Of a stretch of 64,000 bases of DNA, positions 9,849-19,794 are shown piece by piece. Source of the DNA: an uncultured delta proteobacterium (lineage in GTDB: Bacteria > Desulfobacterota > Binatia > Binatales > Binataceae); assembly GCA_963794325.1 (NCBI GenBank), contig CAWCDG010000004.1, positions 1,216,001-1,280,000 on the forward strand. Direction: 5' to 3'. The notes under the pieces are model-generated. The model was not told where the DNA came from, made no database searches, and saw nothing but the letters and a program-made list of their open reading frames with translations. Made by a program: the position numbers and the translations under genes. Numbering within the stretch: position 1 is the first letter of the stretch; each line of letters starts with the position of its first letter.

Positions 9849-10909
9849 CGGACTTTGCCGGAGACGTCTGCGCTCTCGAAGGTCGCCATGTGGTTGAGCA
9901 GGTCGAGCGCCGAATCGATCACGTTCATCGCGAGCGCGGCCCCGGTGCCTTCGCCGAGTCGGAGGTCGAGATCGAGAATCGGACGGAGCTTGAAATGTTC
10001 GAGCGCGAGCTTATGGCCGCCCTCGGCTGAGCGATGGCTGAAAAAGAGATGGTCGAACAATCCCGGACAAATCTTTTCGGCAACCGCAGCGGCAGCGGTT
10101 GCGATGAAGCCGTCAACCACGACCGGAACTTTGGACGCAGCGCCGCCCAGGCATACGCCGGCCATCGCAGCGATCTCGAAACCGCCGAGCGCTGCCAACA
10201 TCGACTCTCCCGACGCGAGCGCATCGCGATGAATCTCGAGCGCGCGGGCGACGACCTCGATTTTGCGGCGGACGCCGGCGTCGTCGAGGCCGGTGCCACG
10301 CCCGACTATCGACTCAGGTCGCAGCCCAGTTAGCGCACACAGGAGCGCGGCGGCGGGAGTGCTGTTCGCGATGCCCATCTCGCCGATGCCTATCAACGTC
10401 GCGCCGTTGGCGGCGAGCTCGCGCGCGATCTCGATTCCCACTTCGAGCGCGCGCGTCGTCTCCTCGGGCGTCATCGCAGGACCGTCGAGGAAGTTGCGGG
10501 TGCCACTGCCGATGCGCCGATAGGTCACTCCTGCGAGCGGCTTAGCGCTTGTATCGATTTTGACCCCGAGGTCAACGACTTTCAGTGAAAAATCGAAGCG
10601 GCGCGCGAGCACGCTGATCGCGGCGCCGCCACTGGCGATGTTGCGAAGCATTTCGGCCGTGACAGCCTGGGGAAATGCGCTGACGCCTTCCTCCGCGACG
10701 CCATGATCGGCGACGAAGACGGCAATCGCGCCGCGGCCGGATTTCACCGATTCGTCATGGCGGATTGCGGCATAGCGGCGCACGAGCTCCTCGAGATGTC
10801 CGAGGCTCCCGGGCGGCTTGGTTAGCGAATTTAGCCGCGCATCGGCCGCCCACGCCGCTTCATTGTCGGGCGGCATGATCGAGGCGATAGTTTGTTTCAG
10901 CAAAGACAT
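9845..10909 (-). CDS. cobT: Nicotinate-nucleotide-DMB phosphoribosyltransferase
   Basis: LTKPPGSLG.LE, ADHGV, GEMGIANST, LRLGEGTGA; starts at the TAATG overlap with bluB. Confidence 0.95.
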   Translation of the reverse strand: MSLLKQTIASIMPPDNEAAWAADARLNSLTKPPGSLGHLEELVRRYAAIRHDESVKSGRGAIAVFVADHGVAEEGVSAFPQAVTAEMLRNIASGGAAISVLARRFDFSLKVVDLGVKIDTSAKPLAGVTYRRIGSGTRNFLDGPAMTPEETTRALEVGIEIARELAANGATLIGIGEMGIANSTPAAALLCALTGLRPESIVGRGTGLDDAGVRRKIEVVARALEIHRDALASGESMLAALGGFEIAAMAGVCLGGAASKVPVVVDGFIATAAAAVAEKICPGLFDHLFFSHRSAEGGHKLALEHFKLRPILDLDLRLGEGTGAALAMNVIDSALDLLNHMATFESADVSGKVR

Positions 10910-11685
10910 TAGTCGCGCGAGGGTTTGTCGGCGGAATCTTCGGGGAAGATCGAGCGCCAGATCGAATGGTCGTCGATTTTTTTCAACAACGATTCGGCGG
11001 CGGGTGAGGTTCGATCGGTTGCGTCGTTCCACGAATCGAAATGGATCAACGATTTCGGCGGCAGGCGCTGCGCCCAGTCTGCGCTGGCGAGAATCGGGCG
11101 GTCGGGAAATTCGCGCACATAGCCGACGCATAGATAGGCGATGGGAATAACGTCGCCGGGGATGCCGAAAATTTCGGCGAGCACGTCGTTGCGCATGATG
11201 CTGACCCATCCGACGCCGAGGCCCTCGGCGCGCGCGGTCAGCCACAGGTTCTCGACTGCCAGGCACGCCGAGTAGATCTCGACGTCGCGAATGCTGGTCT
11301 TGCCGAGCACGGCCGGGCCGAAGCGATCGGGCTTGCAGGTGACGATCAGATTCATCGGCGCTTCGAGAATGCCTTCGAGCTTGAGCGAGAGATATTTTTC
11401 GCGGCGTTCGCCGCTGAACTGGGCCGCATTCTTCTGGCGCTCGATTTCGAAAACTTCCTTCACCCGGCGGCGTCGCTCGAGGTCGCGCACGACGATGAAG
11501 TCCCACGGCTGAGTGAAGCCGACGCTGGCCGCATGATGGGCCGCGATCAGCACGCGCGCGAGCACGTCGTCGGGAATCGGATCGGAGATGAACTCGCGGA
11601 TGTCGCGGCGGCGGAAGACCGCCTCGTAAAGGCCGCGCTTGAGCGCGTCGGTGAAGGCGTGGCGATTGGGTACGGCGGTCGGCAT
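10909..11685 (-). CDS. bluB: 5,6-dimethylbenzimidazole synthase
   Basis: RRDIREF, SVGFTQPWDF, LKLEGILEAP, NLWL.ARAEGLGVGWVS. Confidence 0.93.
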   Translation of the reverse strand: MPTAVPNRHAFTDALKRGLYEAVFRRRDIREFISDPIPDDVLARVLIAAHHAASVGFTQPWDFIVVRDLERRRRVKEVFEIERQKNAAQFSGERREKYLSLKLEGILEAPMNLIVTCKPDRFGPAVLGKTSIRDVEIYSACLAVENLWLTARAEGLGVGWVSIMRNDVLAEIFGIPGDVIPIAYLCVGYVREFPDRPILASADWAQRLPPKSLIHFDSWNDATDRTSPAAESLLKKIDDHSIWRSIFPEDSADKPSRD

Positions 11686-11692
11686 ATCCTTC

Positions 11693-11817
11693 CTACCTCT
11701 CCCCTCGGGAGAGGTCGACGTGAGTTTGCGAGCGTCGGGTGAGGGCGCGCGCATCGAGCTGAATTCATGCGCCCTCACCCGCGCCCGGAGGCACGTCCTC
11801 TCCCGAAGGGAGAGGTA
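11693..11817. repeat. Palindromic intergenic repeat (CCTCTCCC..GGGAGAGG family)
   Basis: Two CCTCTCCC-n-GGGAGAGG hairpins flanking GGGTGAGGGCGC..GCGCCCTCACCC. Confidence 0.75.
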
Positions 11818-11837
11818 AGACTCGGACAAGGACGCCG

Positions 11838-12359
11838 TCAGGCTGCGGCTTTTTTTGCTGCTGCCAGCGCGGCTTCGTAGTTTGGCTGCTCGGCGACTTC
11901 CTTGACGTACTCGACGTAGGTCACGTTGTCGTTCTTGTCGACGACGAACACGGCTCGCGCCAGCAGATGCAATTCCTTGATCAACGCGCCGTAGCTGGTG
12001 CCGAAGCTCGCACTGCGCCAGTCGCTCAGCGTGGTGATCTTGTCGACGCCGGCCGCGCCGCACCATCGCGCCTGCGCGAACGGAAGATCCATCGAGACCG
12101 AGAGAATCTGCACGTCGCCCGGCAGGTTGCTCGCCTCGACGTTGAAACGGCGCGTTTCTGCATCGCATACCGGCGTGTCGAGCGAAGGTACGGTCGTGAT
12201 GATTTTGACTTTGCCCTTGAACTGATCGAGCGTCGCCGGCGCCATCCCCTTGCCGACCACGGTGAAGTTGGGTGCTTTTTGTCCGACCTTGATTTCGGGG
12301 CCGACCAGGGTCATCGGGTTTCCGCGCATCGTAACGGCGCCTTTGCGTTCTTCCGCCAT
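11838..12359 (-). CDS. tpx: Thiol peroxidase (atypical 2-Cys peroxiredoxin)
   Basis: VPSLDTPVC, SMDLPFAQARWC. Confidence 0.95.
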   Translation of the reverse strand: MAEERKGAVTMRGNPMTLVGPEIKVGQKAPNFTVVGKGMAPATLDQFKGKVKIITTVPSLDTPVCDAETRRFNVEASNLPGDVQILSVSMDLPFAQARWCGAAGVDKITTLSDWRSASFGTSYGALIKELHLLARAVFVVDKNDNVTYVEYVKEVAEQPNYEAALAAAKKAAA

Positions 12360-12445
12360 GAGTGAATTCTCCTTTGATGATGAATCGAAGATGGAATCGA
12401 GGACGAATCAGAGACTAGCGGCGTCGCTTGAAGAGGTAAAGGAGA

Positions 12446-12482
12446 AGAACCTAACCCCTTCCCGAGCGGGAAGGGGAACCGG
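12446..12482. repeat. AACCTAACCCCTTCCC..GGGAAGGGGAAC repeat copy
   Basis: Same motif at 13003, 32008, 32333 and 57453. Confidence 0.7.
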
Positions 12483-12517
12483 GAAAAAGAGAGGCGGCGC
12501 GATCTCTGGATTTGAAG

Positions 12518-12910
12518 CTACAGCGCTTTAATTGTGAGCGCGATCAGGCTGACGACAACCAGGATCGCGTTGATGACTGCGGTCGTGATTGCACCGGTCG
12601 AGCGCTTCGATGCCGCGCTCAGGTAGCCGCGCGCATATTCGATTCGCGCGATCAGGAATAGCAATCCCAGCAGCACGCCGGTGCGATAATTCACCGACAG
12701 CGAGAATATCCATACTGCAGGAAGGAAAACGATCAAGGCCTCGAGGGTATTCGCATGCACGCGGAAGTAGCGCTCGAAGTCGGGATTGCCGGTGGTGGCG
12801 GGCGCCTCGACGCCGTAAGTCAGTCGCGCGCGTCCGACCATCACGCCGAGTATCGAGTATTCTAGCAACGCGAGCAGCGTCACTATTTCGAGTCCATGGC
12901 CTCCAAACAT
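12518..12910 (-). CDS. MAPEG family membrane protein
   Basis: V.RAR..YGV.APA..G...FER.FRVH.NTLE; four TM helices. Confidence 0.9.
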   Translation of the reverse strand: MFGGHGLEIVTLLALLEYSILGVMVGRARLTYGVEAPATTGNPDFERYFRVHANTLEALIVFLPAVWIFSLSVNYRTGVLLGLLFLIARIEYARGYLSAASKRSTGAITTAVINAILVVVSLIALTIKAL

Positions 12911-13002
12911 TTGAATCGTACCTCCCCGTGAAGTTGTCGAGCGGCGCCGGCCGCTTGGGATGAAGGTACTCGCGCACGTTGAGAAGTGCGAGATGTGAAA
13001 GC

Positions 13003-13047
13003 GGGGGAACCTAACCCCTAACCACTTCCCTCGATGGAAGGGGAACA
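13003..13047. repeat. AACCTAACCCCTAACC..GGAAGGGGAAC repeat copy
   Basis: Near match to the copies at 32008 and 32333. Confidence 0.7.
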
Positions 13048-13063
13048 ATCGAGTCAGAAGAGA

Positions 13064-13912
13064 TCACGCGCGGCGGAATTTTGTTTGACGATCGGATTCC
13101 AGTTGGTCGGCGGCTTCGCGCGATGGGCGCGCGGGCATCCATCCTTTGGTGTAATCGATCTCTTCCCACGATCGATCGTTGGCGTCCCACACGTAAGGCA
13201 GCTCAACGATTGTCGCGGGAGCTGTGATCGTTTCGAACGCGCGCATCGCGTCCGTAACTATTCGGCGCTGTAGTTCAGGCTGATCGGGTGGTCCGGTCTG
13301 ATGGCCGAGCGGAAAATTTACGAACACGGCGCGCGGAGGTTTCACCGACTGCGTGATGTCGATAGCGGAAGTCATTGCGAGCGTGGGGATTCCCGCTTCT
13401 TCGACTGCGCGTGCGATCAGCCCAACGGACTGATGGCAAACGGGTCATGCAGGGACGAGGAAGAAAGCGTCGGCGTGCGCGCGCTTAAGTTCATCGACAA
13501 TCTGCGGCGCGAGCTCGTCGCGAACTTTGCGCGCCGAATAAATTCCGCCCATGAAACTGAACGCGGGATCGACGAGTTCACCGATGACGCCGGATGCGGC
13601 GAGCTCGCGCATCCGCTCCAGCGGGAAGACGCAGTTCACGTCACGCTCGGCGTCGCCAGTTGGATAGCCGAAGTGCCAAACGCTCAACTCGTCGCGGCGC
13701 GCATCGATCGGAATTCGGCGATACGACGCGTCCTCGCGGTGGAAGCGCGGCTGGTCGCGATACATTATTCCGCCCGAGCTCATCATGGCGATCCTGCACG
13801 CGGCGATGGGTTTGGAGAGCGGAGTGAATGGCGCGGAATCGTTCTCGACCCATCGGTAGGGAGTGAAATTGTTGTACAGATCGCGGGTGCGGGGAATGTA
13901 TGCGACTGGCAT
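13064..13912 (-). CDS. Selenoprotein, glycine/sarcosine/betaine or D-proline reductase selenoprotein B family (Sec at 13445-13447)
   Basis: Two in-frame ORFs joined by TGA: FFLVPA-U-PVCHQSVGLIARAVEEAGIPT; D.NCVFPL and PPRA.FV.FPLGH motifs; hairpin 3' of the UGA. Confidence 0.85.
13412..13438 (-). promoter_or_regulatory. Putative bacterial SECIS element
   Basis: TGC-C-ATCAGTCC-GTT-GGGCTGAT-C-GCA hairpin just 3' of the UGA, with a G in the loop. Confidence 0.7.
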
Positions 13913-14313
13913 GCGACTCACTTTATGACGGCGCATAAGGATTCGGCAAATGGGAAATCCTCAGCGCAGCGCGAACGAGTTCTTGACACTAACCTGGCTT
14001 AGCGAGACGTTGTAGCCCTGAAAATATTCATTCTGGGGGAGCCGTTTGGAGAGTCCGTGTCTTTGACAACGATCAAGCATCAGGCACTCCCCCAATAGAT
14101 GTCTAAACAACAGGGAAGTGCAAGATGCGACGGGTATCGACGGCTAGAGCTAAATACGTTTATCAGGGTCATTGACTCTAGATATGGTTTTCTGCGATGA
14201 ATGGTCCGGCAAAGTGTCCCGGGGGGGACTGCGATTGTAATATTCGGGTTCCCGATTTGGGCGAGGCAGGCCAGAAGCCTTTTCTGGCGCGAGTTTCTAG
14301 GGAGGGACGGTAA

Positions 14314-15264
14314 ATGCACGTATCACTTAAGCATGCGCGGCGCGTATTGCTAAGCGTCGCGGCGGGGGCGCTGTTACTCGCCGCTGCGCCGGGATCCGGT
14401 CAAGCGGATATTCTCACGCTCTGCATCTCGCCGCAGCGTCAGCATGTAGTTTTACCGCTTGGCGGAAGCTGCAATAAGCCGAATCGACTAATCACCTGGG
14501 ATAGCGATGGCGTGGAAGGCCCGAGCGGACCGCAGGGTCCAAAGGGTATGCAAGGACCGCAGGGACCGACCGGCACTCCTGGCGAAATGGGAGCGCAGGG
14601 TCCCGCAGGACCGGCTGGCCCGATCGGGCCGGTTGGAAACGCCGGAGCCACGGGTCCGATGGGCAATGCAGGACCAATGGGTCAGCAAGGACCTGAAGGA
14701 GTGACAGGACCGACCGGAGCAACTGGCCCGATGGGACCGACTGGACTCATGGGAGTAAACGGGATCAACGGCACCCAGTTCTACACCCTCGGCGGTGGCA
14801 ACCTGGGGAGCAACGTCGAACTGCTGTTTGGCTACCAGAGCGTATTGGGCGGCCCGTACGGTCCAACCGGCTATAACCCCTACTGCACGACGGATACTTG
14901 CAGCAATAGCCCGATTTACTACGGTCCGGGGAACGGCGCCGACACGCAACTCGAAAGCGAAGCAGTGCCAATCGACGCTTCAACAGCAACTCAACTCTGG
15001 GTGCAGGTGAAGAACGTGCCGGGGCCGGGCGAGTACTATAAGTTCCACCTCTGTATCAACAAAAACTGCTACTCATCGCCGATCAGCTGCAAAATCGATA
15101 TCCCGAACCTGACTGAGTGCAACGATTTGGTCGACATGCAGAAGTTTAATGCTGGCGACACGATCGCGCTCAAGGGCGAGGCATCCGATGGTGCGGCGCC
15201 TACAGAAGTTTCGTGGATGGTGGTGATGCATCAGACTGGCGGGGACATCCCCGTCGGGCCGTGA
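14314..15264 (+). CDS. Secreted collagen-like protein 1
   Basis: Signal peptide, 30 uninterrupted GXY triplets, Cys-rich globular C-domain ending IPVGP. Confidence 0.88.
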   Translation: MHVSLKHARRVLLSVAAGALLLAAAPGSGQADILTLCISPQRQHVVLPLGGSCNKPNRLITWDSDGVEGPSGPQGPKGMQGPQGPTGTPGEMGAQGPAGPAGPIGPVGNAGATGPMGNAGPMGQQGPEGVTGPTGATGPMGPTGLMGVNGINGTQFYTLGGGNLGSNVELLFGYQSVLGGPYGPTGYNPYCTTDTCSNSPIYYGPGNGADTQLESEAVPIDASTATQLWVQVKNVPGPGEYYKFHLCINKNCYSSPISCKIDIPNLTECNDLVDMQKFNAGDTIALKGEASDGAAPTEVSWMVVMHQTGGDIPVGP

Positions 15265-15329
15265 GCAGCCGGAACAGGGGAACGCGAATGTCGAGTACGC
15301 GAATGGTAACAGTCAGGGAGGGGACGAGA

Positions 15330-16343
15330 ATGCCTCAATCTTTTAGGAACGCGTGGCGCTGGCTCGTCGGAGTATCGGCGGCTGCGATGTTAATAGGAAT
15401 TGTGTCACCGGCGGCAAACGCCTGGGTTCCGGACACTGGCATCATCAGAATCTGTGTAGGCAACGGCGGCAGAATCGTTGGTGTCAATGTTCCTTGCAAA
15501 AACCACAATTTTGCATTGACCTGGAACATCCCGGGACCTACGGGTCCAGCAGGGGAGCAGGGCTATACCGGCCCGGCTGGCGCACCGGGTGCTGTAGGTG
15601 CGTCGGGTTCGCAAGGCCCGGTTGGGCCAATCGGTCCACAAGGCCCGATGGGCGCTCTGGGTCTTACCGGTCCTATGGGAGCGCAGGGAATGACAGGTCC
15701 GGCAGGGCCGACGGGTGACATGGGTAAACCCGGACCGACCGGACCTGCGGGTCCGATGGGAATGCAGGGACCAAACGCCACGCTTTCATTCGGTCCGGGC
15801 GACAACGTTGAGATCCTGAGCGGCGGAACGCTCGGCGCGACTATCGGCGCCGCTGCGTCGATTCAGCTGACCACGGAATCAGGTGATACGCCCGCCGGAG
15901 GGCCGACCTCCCCGATCTACATGGGACCGGGAAATGGTGCGGCCGCTGCGGGACTTACCTCGCTTCCTCCTGCTCCGACGGCTAATCCCCAGACCAGCGT
16001 CCAGGTGCCAACTCCGGGCGGCGTGGCGTTTAATATGACGGTTTCGATCACACCCCAGGACGCGGGTGCGTTGGGCTCGGATTACACCTTCATTCTGTGT
16101 AACGAAGGGGACTGCAACATACTGACCAATCCACATTGCAAAGTCGCTCATGATGCCCTTCCAGACCCGGATACGATGGTCTGCTCGACCAGCACCTTTA
16201 TTGGAAGCATCCCGACGCTGGCCTACCTGCCGGGCGACACTCTGTCGATACAGGCCTTCAAGTCTGAAGCTATGATACCGACCAACACCGTCGACGTAAG
16301 ATGGTCACTGGATTATGCAATCGACCCTGCGGATGCAATGTGA
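15330..16343 (+). CDS. Secreted collagen-like protein 2
   Basis: GGAGG RBS, signal peptide, 27 GXY triplets, paralogous C-domain (GG.LG, GPGNG, GDT). Confidence 0.88.
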   Translation: MPQSFRNAWRWLVGVSAAAMLIGIVSPAANAWVPDTGIIRICVGNGGRIVGVNVPCKNHNFALTWNIPGPTGPAGEQGYTGPAGAPGAVGASGSQGPVGPIGPQGPMGALGLTGPMGAQGMTGPAGPTGDMGKPGPTGPAGPMGMQGPNATLSFGPGDNVEILSGGTLGATIGAAASIQLTTESGDTPAGGPTSPIYMGPGNGAAAAGLTSLPPAPTANPQTSVQVPTPGGVAFNMTVSITPQDAGALGSDYTFILCNEGDCNILTNPHCKVAHDALPDPDTMVCSTSTFIGSIPTLAYLPGDTLSIQAFKSEAMIPTNTVDVRWSLDYAIDPADAM

Positions 16344-16430
16344 TTCCGGGACGCGAGGAGGAAAAGAGAGATGAAGTCGCGATCGGAATTCAGCAAGGGT
16401 GGAGGGCAACAGAAAATGGAGGGCGTCAAC

Positions 16431-17420
16431 ATGCCTGCTTCGTTTAAATCCGCGTGGCGTTTGCTGGTCGGTGTGACCGCCGCTACGATACTTTGTCTGG
16501 CAGCACTTCCAGGTGTCGGCCGGGCCGAGAATATCGAGATCTGTATCAACAACACCTCCGGTAGGATCAAGGGCATCAACCTTGGGGTTGGCAACTGCAC
16601 TGGAAATACCAGCGAGCTCGATTGGGTTTCGATCGGGCCTGAGGGACCTACCGGAATGCAGGGCGTAGTTGGTGATCCCGGACTTCAGGGCACGCAGGGG
16701 CCGCAGGGCGGCGTCGGCAACCAGGGGCCATCGGGAGCGATGGGAGCCGCAGGACCGCAGGGTCCGCAGGGCGATATCGGCCAGACCGGACCGACGGGCC
16801 CGGCAGGAATCATGGGTGAGGAAGGAATCCGCGGAGCCACGGGGCTGGCTGGACCTACCGGCATGACCGGACCGTCCGGCACAAATGGAATCCCCGAGCC
16901 GAATATCTCCGTCTTCGCTGGCGGTTCGCTGGGGACGCTGGGAGCGGAAAACGGCACTGATCTATCAGGGAATAACAGTGTCTACGCCAACATCCTGATA
17001 CTTGGACCGGGCAACGGTTCGGACACGGCACCGCCACCGACGACCGACGTACCGATGTCAGAGCCTGGAACCGCGAAACGCCTGTTCGTTAATGTGGACG
17101 CCGATCCCGGAACCGATATGAATATCGGCCTGCCGTCTAGCTTCTATTTCTTTCTGTGCAAGAACGACGACTATCCCGCAAGTTGCGGCCTTTCCTGCAT
17201 CATAACCGCACCCGACACGACGTGCAGCGACCTGATTGGTTCACAGGCATACACTGTGAGCGTCACTCCTCCAGCGCTGCCTGGCCTCCAGCCTGTGCCG
17301 AATCCTGACGAAATGAGTCTGTGGGCATACGCCGACTATCCGGGAGCGAATCACGCCAACGTGAAATGGTCAGTGACCTACGATCACGGCAATCCTATCC
17401 TTATCCCTGTCGGGCCGTAA
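16431..17420 (+). CDS. Secreted collagen-like protein 3
   Basis: GGAGG RBS, signal peptide, 29 GXY triplets, C-domain ending IPVGP. Confidence 0.88.
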   Translation: MPASFKSAWRLLVGVTAATILCLAALPGVGRAENIEICINNTSGRIKGINLGVGNCTGNTSELDWVSIGPEGPTGMQGVVGDPGLQGTQGPQGGVGNQGPSGAMGAAGPQGPQGDIGQTGPTGPAGIMGEEGIRGATGLAGPTGMTGPSGTNGIPEPNISVFAGGSLGTLGAENGTDLSGNNSVYANILILGPGNGSDTAPPPTTDVPMSEPGTAKRLFVNVDADPGTDMNIGLPSSFYFFLCKNDDYPASCGLSCIITAPDTTCSDLIGSQAYTVSVTPPALPGLQPVPNPDEMSLWAYADYPGANHANVKWSVTYDHGNPILIPVGP

Positions 17421-17448
17421 TTGTAGAATCCACCGTTGAATTGAGAGT

Positions 17449-17485
17449 GAAAGCCCTTGGGTAACTCCAGGGGCTTTCTTTTATT
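17449..17485 (+). terminator. Intrinsic terminator
   Basis: GAAAGCCCTTGG..CCAGGGGCTTTC followed by TTTTATT. Confidence 0.7.
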
Positions 17486-17529
17486 GGACGAGGGGGATTG
17501 GACTGTTGGTCGGAAGAGGAGGACTTCCT

Positions 17530-19728
17530 TTGAAAGCACAGCCCAGATTGATTTCCAGCTACGAACGAGTCGCAATGCAAAGCACCTGGTCCGCAACCTT
17601 CAGAATCTTCGCCGGCGTGCTATTGGCGGCGGGCATGATCAGCGCGCCGAGTGCGTGGGCGTTCGACGTAAAGAGCGCAAAGCTGATCGATAAAGGATTC
17701 AAGATTTTCACCAACGAGACCTTCAATGGCAACGGCCGTACCTGCTCAACCTGCCATATACCCAAGGACGACTATACGATCAGCCCGGCGGATCTCGCCA
17801 CGCTGAGTGCCCATGACAAAGACCTTGTGTTTGCGACGCACAATTCGCAGCTCGAAAACCGGATCCTGGTAAATAAATACGGTCTGTTCAACATCACTAA
17901 CGAGACGCCTGGCGCAAGCGGAAGGGGGACAACCCCGACCGGTCCGTTCCGCGCCTCGATGCAGCTAAGCGGATTGGCGCTCACCACGCTGAACGATTGC
18001 CCAAACGCGACCTTGATTGCCTCGGCCACCGATACCGGCGCCACCGCCGAGATTACAACCGCTACGCCTCCCACCTTTCCGTTTGCGTTAAACGAGCAGA
18101 TAAGAATCGAGGGAGTCAGCGTCGCCGGTTACAATGGCAGCACGTTTGAGATCTCGAGCGTAATCAGTCCCACGACATTCCAGTACACGACGTTGACTGG
18201 AGCCGCTATCACGGGACTCCCCTCGGTAGGGCCAGGCGGCGGTGTCAGCGGGCTGCCCACTCCACCCACTACTACAACGGGGTCGGGAGTGTGTTCGACT
18301 GCACCTAATTTCGCAACGACCCCGACCACCACAGGCACCCGGTTCATAGAGCTCGGCTGGGCTGGAGATGGCGCACCCCTTGACCCCACGCTTTTCGAAG
18401 TTGGCAAACCTCGCGATTACGCGGATTGCGTGGCCGCCGTCAATAACGCGGACGCCAACCAGAGCGTTCTCAGCCCGGTGCTGAATGCGTTTTCGACCGG
18501 CGCCGTCAGACACCATTTCGCGCGCACCAACGCCCGCGTGCCGGGAAAGGATTTCCGCTGCCCGACTGCCGCGGAGTTGAATGCGCTCACAGCCTTTCAA
18601 GAGTACCTCGGGCGCCAATTTCCATCTGGCACACCTCTCGAACTCGCCTTGGAAGCTGGAACAACGTTCCCGGGGACGCAGGTCAGCTCCCTGCAGCCTG
18701 TGATCACTTTCAATGACTCCACGGCGGAGACAGGCAAGGCGATATTCCTGAATCCGAGCGCAGCCTGCAATTTCTGCCACTTCAATGCCGGCGCGAGCAT
18801 GACCACAACCCAGGTAAAAACGGAGCCGTTGGGAGACCCACCGCTGCCGTTTCCGGGACGCAACGAAAATAACTCGCAACTGGTGGACGTCTTGACCGAC
18901 ACCTCCTTTCTTATTCCGTCAACCGGAGAGACGGTCACCGGCGGGCTCAACGCCTCGACGCTGGTCACCATAGGCAAGGATCCCGGAGACGGAAATCCTT
19001 TCAGCGACAAGCATGGCGGGTTCCTACCGGTGTTCAACGTCCAATCAATCATCGAGGCGCCGCGCAAAAAGAGCTTTTTCCACAATGGCGCTTTCAATAC
19101 CAGCGTAGAGGACGCGGCTTCCTTCTACTTTGGCAACCCCACGGTCCAAACTTCGGGTAGCACGCTCGTCACGCCCGGATTCGACCTTGCCAGCGGCAAC
19201 TTTGCGATTGGCACTAACCAGGATGGCTCAGCCGTGACCCTCGCCGCTGGCTTGCCAAGTCCCCTGCCAAGAGCGGCGGGACAAAAAACCGGCACTCAGG
19301 CCCTTGTGGCTCTTGCCGGCACTTACTTTCCCGCCGATTCGGTGTCCGGCAATGTGCTCACTTCGCCGGGCGGGCAGGATGTGCTCAATACCCTTGGCTT
19401 CTTCATGAGGGCGCTTAACGTGGTTTACAGCCTGGCCGACTGCGAGCGGCTGGTGGACGACACGGTCAGCCGTCACGATGCGGGTTTGTCCACGGAGGTG
19501 CCGGTCCTCAACTGCACCACCGACCTGGGAGATGTGTACCGCGTCATTGCGGGCGCGCGCGTGACCGTTCCGGACAACTACGTCACCGTCCAGATGCAGG
19601 CTCAGAGCCTCCAGGGCGAGTTGAAGAAGTACGCGAGGCAGGGCAATCGCGCGAAGCTCAAAGGAGTTATCAATCAGCTGCAGGCCATGAGAAACTCGAT
19701 CGCATCGATCTCGCCAGACCTGCCGTGA
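17530..19728 (+). CDS. Secreted di-heme cytochrome c (bCcP/MauG-like superfamily)
   Basis: ETFNGNGRTCSTCH and CNFCH heme motifs, FFHNGAF.TSVEDA..FY; TTG start after GAGGAGG (alternative ATG 17575). Confidence 0.75.
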   Translation: MKAQPRLISSYERVAMQSTWSATFRIFAGVLLAAGMISAPSAWAFDVKSAKLIDKGFKIFTNETFNGNGRTCSTCHIPKDDYTISPADLATLSAHDKDLVFATHNSQLENRILVNKYGLFNITNETPGASGRGTTPTGPFRASMQLSGLALTTLNDCPNATLIASATDTGATAEITTATPPTFPFALNEQIRIEGVSVAGYNGSTFEISSVISPTTFQYTTLTGAAITGLPSVGPGGGVSGLPTPPTTTTGSGVCSTAPNFATTPTTTGTRFIELGWAGDGAPLDPTLFEVGKPRDYADCVAAVNNADANQSVLSPVLNAFSTGAVRHHFARTNARVPGKDFRCPTAAELNALTAFQEYLGRQFPSGTPLELALEAGTTFPGTQVSSLQPVITFNDSTAETGKAIFLNPSAACNFCHFNAGASMTTTQVKTEPLGDPPLPFPGRNENNSQLVDVLTDTSFLIPSTGETVTGGLNASTLVTIGKDPGDGNPFSDKHGGFLPVFNVQSIIEAPRKKSFFHNGAFNTSVEDAASFYFGNPTVQTSGSTLVTPGFDLASGNFAIGTNQDGSAVTLAAGLPSPLPRAAGQKTGTQALVALAGTYFPADSVSGNVLTSPGGQDVLNTLGFFMRALNVVYSLADCERLVDDTVSRHDAGLSTEVPVLNCTTDLGDVYRVIAGARVTVPDNYVTVQMQAQSLQGELKKYARQGNRAKLKGVINQLQAMRNSIASISPDLP

Positions 19729-19748
19729 CGCAGGATTGCGTGACGCTT

Positions 19749-19782
19749 GAAACCCCCGGGTAGAGCCGGGGGTTTTCTCTTT
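19749..19782. terminator. Intrinsic terminator between convergent genes
   Basis: AAACCCCCGG-gtagag-CCGGGGGTTTT. Confidence 0.75.
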
Positions 19783-19794
19783 GCGGGAGCGAAG

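Noticed and set aside
9845-12168. Long N-terminal extensions of CobT (to 11506) and BluB (to 12168)
   Set aside because: They overlap the upstream genes and a repeat. The real starts at 10909 and 11685 fit the family N-termini and the TAATG coupling.
14314-17420. Prophage tail-fibre genes
   Set aside because: All three have Sec signal peptides and no phage genes are adjacent.
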